From the NCBI GenBank assembly GCA_963817525.1, contig CAWFOU010000007.1:320001-384000 (forward strand): a stretch of DNA of 64,000 nt, written 5' to 3'. This DNA is from an uncultured archaeon (lineage in GTDB: Archaea; Thermoproteota; Nitrososphaeria; Nitrososphaerales; Gagatemarchaeaceae). The notes under the pieces were generated by a model that ran no database searches, was not told where the DNA came from, and was given only the letters and a program-made list of their open reading frames with translations. This document shows positions 58,203-64,000 of the stretch, piece by piece; the first letter of the stretch is position 1; each line of letters starts with the position of its first letter. A program made the translations under genes and the position numbers.

Positions 58203-59920
58203 CCACTCTCGGGAGCCTCCGGCTTGATTGCGATCCTCCCCCTCAAGCTCCTCGAGCGGAGGAGCCAGTACGCCACGTTAGCGGTCGCTGCCACCGCCGC
58301 CGCGGCGATCAGGATGATGGCGAGTGTTTCGTAAGAGCCTCCGGTGGATGGGCTGGACGGCGCGATGAAGGTCAGCGTCAGGGAGTCGGAAAGACCGTCT
58401 TGTACGAGGACCTGGTCACTCCGCGACTTGTTCGCCTGCAGTCCGGTGACCGTGTAAAGCCCGGTCGGCAGTAGAAATGCAGCCGACTGGTTGACTCCTA
58501 CATGACTGCTTGAGAAGTTCAAGCCGGCGGGGCCCGTCACATCGAGGTTTGTCGCAGAGTCCTTGTCGCTGATGACGTGCACCGTTAGGAGGGCCACGCT
58601 GACATTCTCGGTCAAGCTGGAGTAGCTCTTCACAACGGTGGCCGAGCCCTGGGCCAGGTCTTTCTCTCCGTTGACGTCCAGGGTGTAGTCGACCTGCGCC
58701 GGATACCTCGATGCCAGGACGAAAAGGGAGCTGCCCGCCTGGCTGGTCTGGAGGACCCCGGCGGAGGGGGCCACAGTCGCGTTGACGGTCAGGGGGTTCA
58801 AGTTCCAAGGAGGAAAGGCGAAGTTCACGCTGGAGAGGTTCGCCTGTACGGGATAAGCGCTCACGGCCTCGACCCCGAAGGTCTGATACATCACGTAGAA
58901 ATCCGAGGGCCAGTCGGAAAACCCGTTGGTCAGGGTGGCAGAGTAGGAGATTTCAGACGAGCTGACGGCCTGCAGGGGGCAGGCTGTGGTGAGGGGGACC
59001 CAAGACGAGTCGTTGAGGATCAGGATGCTCGTCTCTACGACTTCCAGGCTGGTGGAGTTCTGGAAGTACGCCCTGACCTGGTACTGTCCTGGATGGAGGG
59101 GCAGGCCCCACGAAAGGGTGGTGGTGGCCGTCCCGTTAGTCGAGAAGGCGACGGGCTGCGAATCCGCCGCCATGAGATTGTAGGTCACGAGGTTGTTCGT
59201 GTTCACGATGTTGAGGGCGTATGGGTGGTAGAGCTCGAACCAGAAGGAGAAGGGCTCGCCCACATGCCCGGTCGCGGCCACGCCGACCGTGGTCCCGGAG
59301 GTCAGCGTGAGGTGTCCCGTCTCGTCCATCGCGGTCGGGAGGGTTATGGTCACGCTGGAGCTCGTGGCCTTGCCCGTGGCGCAGACCTCCTGATCGTAGG
59401 AGTCCCCGAGGCTCGCCGTGGTCGAGATTACGAGGTCTCCTCGGTCGAGTGAGTACGCGAGCGGGCTGAGGGAGACCGGATGGGCGGCGAGGTTGACAAA
59501 GTGGAAGGGGACGACGACCGGCCCCTGCGGGGTATCGAGCGTGAGGTTCCAAACGCCGTCCGTGTCGCCCGCAGTGAAGGTGTAGAGCGCCGTCACGGCG
59601 TCCGGGTTGAGGGCGACGAGCGTCGTCGCCACGGCCACGTTGGTGCTCGAGCCCAGTGTCGGGGACGTCAGCGAGATTGAAACCGAGTAGTTGTAGTCCG
59701 ACAGCGCCCAGAGGGTGTCGCCCGCCGTGTACACGGGGGTCCCATCGGCGACGGGGTAAAGAGACGAGGGACTGAAGCCAAGGGAGAGAGGGACTGACAG
59801 CGATGCACCGAAGGCCCCCGAGACGAGGCCGGACTGCGGGAGGAGGGCCAAGAGAAGCGAAATGAGCAGAAGCGGCGAAGCCTTCCTAGCCTTGTCGGCG
59901 CATGTATGCAAAGAGAGCAC
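58199..59920 (-). CDS. Membrane-anchored surface protein (MoxR cluster 2)
   Basis: Paralog of 42983..44650. Confidence 0.75.
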   Translation of the reverse strand: MLSLHTCADKARKASPLLLISLLLALLPQSGLVSGAFGASLSVPLSLGFSPSSLYPVADGTPVYTAGDTLWALSDYNYSVSISLTSPTLGSSTNVAVATTLVALNPDAVTALYTFTAGDTDGVWNLTLDTPQGPVVVPFHFVNLAAHPVSLSPLAYSLDRGDLVISTTASLGDSYDQEVCATGKATSSSVTITLPTAMDETGHLTLTSGTTVGVAATGHVGEPFSFWFELYHPYALNIVNTNNLVTYNLMAADSQPVAFSTNGTATTTLSWGLPLHPGQYQVRAYFQNSTSLEVVETSILILNDSSWVPLTTACPLQAVSSSEISYSATLTNGFSDWPSDFYVMYQTFGVEAVSAYPVQANLSSVNFAFPPWNLNPLTVNATVAPSAGVLQTSQAGSSLFVLASRYPAQVDYTLDVNGEKDLAQGSATVVKSYSSLTENVSVALLTVHVISDKDSATNLDVTGPAGLNFSSSHVGVNQSAAFLLPTGLYTVTGLQANKSRSDQVLVQDGLSDSLTLTFIAPSSPSTGGSYETLAIILIAAAAVAATANVAYWLLRSRSLRGRIAIKPEAPESG

Positions 59921-60683
59921 CTGCTATCAGGATTCCGGGGACCGTGAAAGAGAAGAGGGTGTTCGGGGCTACCCGCACGCCAGCGTAGACCCACGCCAGG
60001 CCGACGACCGCGGCGAGGAGCGGGAGGACGAAGGTCACCCTCGGAGGAGCCGCGCCCTCGGGGGTCGGGATCGTCACGCGCACGATGAGCGAGCAGAACG
60101 TCACCAGCGAGGGAACAAGGAGGTAGAGGGTCGAGAGCCCGGGGATGGGCCCTGAGGAGAGGGCGGCGGTGATGGCTGACACCAAGAACAGGAAGAAGTT
60201 CGCAAAAGACAAGGGGTCCGCGAACGCGAGGAGCGAGCTCGCGAAGAAGGCGAGGAAGCAGAACTCGATCGCGGGCGAGAGGAGCACGAGCGGGTTCCGA
60301 CTCTTCATCATCTGGACGACGGAGATGTAGATCAGGTATGGAGGGAAGGCTAGGCTGATCCCGGCCAGCCACACTGAGAAGAACGTCTCATAGAGGTTGG
60401 TGAAGGAAAAGACCGGGTCGATCGCGAACACCAGCAGGAGGACCATCGCCACGATGACGTCCAGGGTGGAGATCCAGAGGATAACCTCGACCCTCGGCGG
60501 CTTCCTGCGGTAGCGGTTGACCAGTAGGACGATCTTGATGAACTGGACGCCCACTACTTCGAGCTCGATCGCGGTGACCGTCGAAAGGACCAGGCGCTCG
60601 AGAAAAAGCCCGGTGAAGAGCGCGTAAAGGAAGTAGAGCGACGTGGCGACGCCGACACCGCAGACTAGGACGAGCCTGTTCAT
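59886..60683 (-). CDS. Multi-TM membrane protein (MoxR cluster 2)
   Basis: Paralog of 44616..45410 (PxYLI, FVLPLL, YMRR). Confidence 0.75.
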   Translation of the reverse strand: MNRLVLVCGVGVATSLYFLYALFTGLFLERLVLSTVTAIELEVVGVQFIKIVLLVNRYRRKPPRVEVILWISTLDVIVAMVLLLVFAIDPVFSFTNLYETFFSVWLAGISLAFPPYLIYISVVQMMKSRNPLVLLSPAIEFCFLAFFASSLLAFADPLSFANFFLFLVSAITAALSSGPIPGLSTLYLLVPSLVTFCSLIVRVTIPTPEGAAPPRVTFVLPLLAAVVGLAWVYAGVRVAPNTLFSFTVPGILIAGALFAYMRRQG

Positions 60684-60689
60684 TTTCTT

Positions 60690-61829
60690 CTAGCTCTCGA
60701 CTATTCTCTGGATCATCGGGAGAAGGTTCTGCTTCTCCGACCAGACCACTGCCCTCTCAGTGAACCCCGGAGGCGGCGAGGCCTCCTCTGGGATCAGGAG
60801 GAGGGGCTTTTGGGCGATCAACACCGCCATCTGATAGTTCTCGAGCTCCTTGAGGCCGGTCACCACGAGGTCGGAGTTGGCGACGACCTCTTCGATGTCT
60901 TGCGAGGGCGAGGCGGCAGAGCAGGACATCACAGCCTGGGTTAGGTCGATGACATCGGCGGCCCTCAAGGAGGTGATTCCGGACGACCGCTCCCTTTCAC
61001 CCGGTTCGGCCTCGCCGGGCGAGCTGAAGCTCACGGAGACCTTGGGGCCAAACGCGAGGACCTGCCGTCCGACCTGGCCGAGCGCCTCGCAGAGCTGGTC
61101 GATCCACGCGGCGCGGGCTTCGCCTCTCTCGGCGAACTGGACCACGCCCACCCTCACGACGTCCCTCACGCTCGCCTCCCTCACGCCGGCGATGAGAGAA
61201 CTGTCCGGCGACTTGGCCACCCGCTTCCATATGACGTTCTTCGTGTCGGTCTCCGTGTTGTATTCCTCGAGCCCGTAGAGCTCCTGCCCCGCGCCCGTGT
61301 ACCCGGTCGGCTGGTCACCGAACCCGTACACCCTTCTCTGCCTGGGGACAGCGGAGGCGAAAAGGGAGGCGGGGAGCGTGTCCAGCACGAAGTCCTCGTA
61401 GACGACCTCTTCGAGCCTGCTCTCGAGGCTCAGCGGATCGTGAAGCGTCATCCCGACCTTGACCCCCTCGGTCCTGCCGGCGTACTTGCCAAGAAACCGA
61501 AGCCGTACCTTGCCCCCCGAGAAGGCGTCGACCTGCATCTGCTGGCCCACCTCGAAGGAGGCGAGGCCGGTGTCGACCCAGCCCCCACCCCGGAGGCGGA
61601 TGCTCAACGTCGTCTCGTACTCCTCCCCCTTCGTAATCGTCACGTGCCCCCTTTCCATCGCCGTAGTAACGCCGCCCTTCATAACAAACTCGAAGATCGC
61701 GACCGATATCACCGCCATCGCCACTAGGGAGACCCCGAGCGCCTGCAACATCCTTACGTTCAGAAACTGTGCGCCGACAAGCATCAGGCCGGTGGCTCCG
61801 AGGTACTGCCTCCCGCGCGAGGTTAACGT
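60690..61829 (-). CDS. DUF58-like protein (MoxR cluster 2)
   Basis: LTSRG N-terminus and GAGQELYGLEEY...KNVIWKRVAK. Confidence 0.78.
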   Translation of the reverse strand, partial: TLTSRGRQYLGATGLMLVGAQFLNVRMLQALGVSLVAMAVISVAIFEFVMKGGVTTAMERGHVTITKGEEYETTLSIRLRGGGWVDTGLASFEVGQQMQVDAFSGGKVRLRFLGKYAGRTEGVKVGMTLHDPLSLESRLEEVVYEDFVLDTLPASLFASAVPRQRRVYGFGDQPTGYTGAGQELYGLEEYNTETDTKNVIWKRVAKSPDSSLIAGVREASVRDVVRVGVVQFAERGEARAAWIDQLCEALGQVGRQVLAFGPKVSVSFSSPGEAEPGERERSSGITSLRAADVIDLTQAVMSCSAASPSQDIEEVVANSDLVVTGLKELENYQMAVLIAQKPLLLIPEEASPPPGFTERAVVWSEKQNLLPMIQRIVES

Positions 61830-62758
61830 GGAGGGTCCACCTTATCGAATACCGACATGAGGATGTCGTCGACGTCGCGCGAAGCTCCCTTCATGACCGC
61901 CGCGCTGTCGATGGTGAGCCTGTGGGTCAACACGTCGATCGAGATGCTCTTGATGTCGTCCGGGCTGACGTAGTTCCTCCCAGCCAGCAGCGCCTTGGCA
62001 CGGGAACAATGGACGAGCTGCACTATGGCCCTGGTGCTGGCGCCATACGACAGCGAGACCACCGTCCTCGTCGCCTCGGCGATCTTCGCGACGTACGCCA
62101 GGACCTCGGTCGAGACCTTCACCTCCTCCACCTGCCTCACGAGCTCCAGCAGCTGGTCCTTGGTGAGGACTGTCTTCACTTCGCTGATCTCGATGTCGGA
62201 GAGGTTTCTCTCCAGGATGCTCGTCTCCGCATCCACGCCAGGATACTTGAAGTTCAGCTTGACCATGAACCTGTCTAGCTGTCCCTCGGGCAGGGGATAC
62301 ACGCCGGCGAACTCGAGCGGGTTCTGGGTCGCAATCACCATGAACGGGAAAGGGAACCTCTCGGTGTGCCCCTCCACCGAGACCTGCCGCTCCTGCATCG
62401 ACTCGAGGAGGGCGCTCTGGACCTTCGGGGGGGCGCGGTTGAGCTCGTCGGCGAGGAGGATGTTGGTGAAGACCGGGCCTTTTCTCAGCTCGAACTCCCT
62501 CTCCTTCAGGTTGAAGATGTAGCCCCCTATGATGTCGAGGGGAAGGATGTCGGGCGTGAACTGGACTCGCTTGAAGTCGAGCCCGAGGCACTTTGAGAAG
62601 GCGTTGGCGAGAAGGGTCTTCGAGACCCCCGGGGGACCCTCGAGGAGGACGTGCCCTTTTGCGATGAGGCACATCAGGAGGATCTCGGTCTCCTTCTCCC
62701 TGCCGACGACGAACTTGCTGACCTCGCCCACGACCTTGTCCCTGATCTCGTTGGTCAA
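61823..62758 (-). CDS. MoxR-family AAA+ ATPase (cluster 2)
   Basis: HVLLEGPPGVSKT, LADELNRAPPKVQSALLE and PEGQLDRF motifs. Confidence 0.95.
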   Translation of the reverse strand: MTNEIRDKVVGEVSKFVVGREKETEILLMCLIAKGHVLLEGPPGVSKTLLANAFSKCLGLDFKRVQFTPDILPLDIIGGYIFNLKEREFELRKGPVFTNILLADELNRAPPKVQSALLESMQERQVSVEGHTERFPFPFMVIATQNPLEFAGVYPLPEGQLDRFMVKLNFKYPGVDAETSILERNLSDIEISEVKTVLTKDQLLELVRQVEEVKVSTEVLAYVAKIAEATRTVVSLSYGASTRAIVQLVHCSRAKALLAGRNYVSPDDIKSISIDVLTHRLTIDSAAVMKGASRDVDDILMSVFDKVDPPR

Positions 62759-63138
62759 GCTCGAGGCCTCCGCTCCTCTCTTTTTACTCCCCCCAGCATG
62801 TTCGCGACCTTTACGACCTCACGAAAGTCCAGGTCGGGAAGGGGCGTCCCGCCGTATCGGTAGTCCTCGTAGCCCTTCAACGCGCTCTCCATCCCGTTCG
62901 TCTGGACGCCGGCCGATCTCAGTCGCGCGACCGCCTCCCCCCAGGTGAAGCCGGAGGGAAGGTCAGGAACGGCCTGCTTGAGCGCCGTCTCGAGGCCCTT
63001 GAATGCTTCGGCCAGGTTCTTTGCGCTCACCATGCGCGTCCTGTGCCTAAGGATTGCGAACGCGAGGGCCGCGTAGAGGACGACGTCGAGCGCCACTAGG
63101 GCGACTATCAGCTCCCCGGTGACCGCGATAGCGACCAT
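62755..63138 (-). CDS. Small membrane-anchored protein, DUF4129-like (cluster 2)
   Basis: PDLPSGFTWGEA and YEDYRYGG. Confidence 0.7.
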   Translation of the reverse strand: MVAIAVTGELIVALVALDVVLYAALAFAILRHRTRMVSAKNLAEAFKGLETALKQAVPDLPSGFTWGEAVARLRSAGVQTNGMESALKGYEDYRYGGTPLPDLDFREVVKVANMLGGVKREERRPRA

Positions 63139-63234
63139 CGGTGCGTCCAGCGAGGCGGGGGGGCATAATAACTTGTAGGGAACTATCTTTTGAAACAATT
63201 TTAGCCACCCACCCCCGCTTCTCGATTGGGAGAG

Positions 63235-64000
63235 ATGGTCAGGTTGCGGGCGGCAAAGTCGTCGAGAACGGTGAGCGCCGCAGCCGTCTTGGGGCTGATC
63301 TTCGTCTCCCTGCTGATGCTCTATTTCATCGACGCGTCGAGCCTCTCCAACCCCACGGGCCCGAGAAACGTAGCTCCCGCCCCTGTCGTCCCCGCCCCTG
63401 CGCCACCCGGGAATCCGCTCAACGGTAGCCTCGTGATCTTTGCGACCTCGAACGTGGACACGATCGACGGGATCCCGACCCCGATCAATGCTTCGACCGA
63501 CGCCGAGGGGGTCCTCGTCGTCGCGATAGACGAGGCGGCCAACTCCTCCCAAGCGAGGTATCTTTGGGCCACGAACACGGCCGGCCTTGCGGGCTGCATC
63601 GAGTGCGTCCCCGTGGGAGCGTATCTGCTGAGCATCCAATACGATGGGTTGGAGATCACCACCCAGGCCATCGTTTCCGTCGGCGAGCAGACCTTGGTCC
63701 AGGCGAACTTCACGGGCAAGTTGTACGACTTGAGCTATTGCGCGGAGTCCGGGGTGCTTGTCACCCCCAGCAGCGCCCAGTACACGATGTTCGCCAGCGT
63801 GAACTCGCCCGTGGCCGTCGCGAACGCGAGCGAGCCGGTCTTTCTCAACGTGGGGGGCGGTCAGGGTGTGGCGGGGTATTCGGTCAACGCCACGGTGGTC
63901 TCGCAAGGGGCGCCCACGACTGGGGCCCAGTGGCTGCAGCTTGGGACGCGCTCTCCCGTCGACCTCGTTGACGCGACCTCGATCTCCATGACGGCATGGA
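63235..64000 (+). CDS. Secreted protein divergent from MoxR cluster 2 (runs off the window edge)
   Basis: Manual translation MVRLRAAKSSRTVSAAAVLGLIF...VANASEPV...QWLQLGT; paralog of 47978..48754. Confidence 0.72.
   Translation, partial: MVRLRAAKSSRTVSAAAVLGLIFVSLLMLYFIDASSLSNPTGPRNVAPAPVVPAPAPPGNPLNGSLVIFATSNVDTIDGIPTPINASTDAEGVLVVAIDEAANSSQARYLWATNTAGLAGCIECVPVGAYLLSIQYDGLEITTQAIVSVGEQTLVQANFTGKLYDLSYCAESGVLVTPSSAQYTMFASVNSPVAVANASEPVFLNVGGGQGVAGYSVNATVVSQGAPTTGAQWLQLGTRSPVDLVDATSISMTAW

Overview
A GC-rich archaeal chromosome segment. Archaeal assignment rests on TATA-box leaderless promoters, a Hef helicase with a PIP box, a PEF-CTERM-like protein and an iRadA/PPB2 cassette; a non-ammonia-oxidising Nitrososphaerota-like host is only an inference. 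The main feature is a ~14.7 kb lower-GC island (9129-23816) integrated into the 3' end of glnA. Three att copies each encode the last glnA codons (F-D-I-stop), so two elements appear to lie in tandem. The small one carries VapBC and a metallo-beta-lactamase-fold gene. The large one carries a tyrosine integrase and a defence locus: a CARF-wHTH (Csa3-like) regulator divergent from prokaryotic viperin, a HEPN protein and a DUF1524/HNH gene. It also carries a second HEPN protein, a toxin-antitoxin pair and surface proteins. Outside the island are a CoxMSL-like molybdoenzyme with an odd insertion, a voltage-sensor-CorA fusion and housekeeping genes (glnA, nth, dcd, acyl-CoA dehydrogenase, hef, thrB/thrC). 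Also present are a free-standing LAGLIDADG gene, two paralogous six-gene MoxR/DUF58-like clusters, modular Ser/Thr-rich surface glycoproteins (one with a spherulin-4/GH135-like domain) and an iRadA cassette with no PolB2. Several single-base frameshifts look like long-read indel errors. No rRNA, tRNA or CRISPR array was seen.
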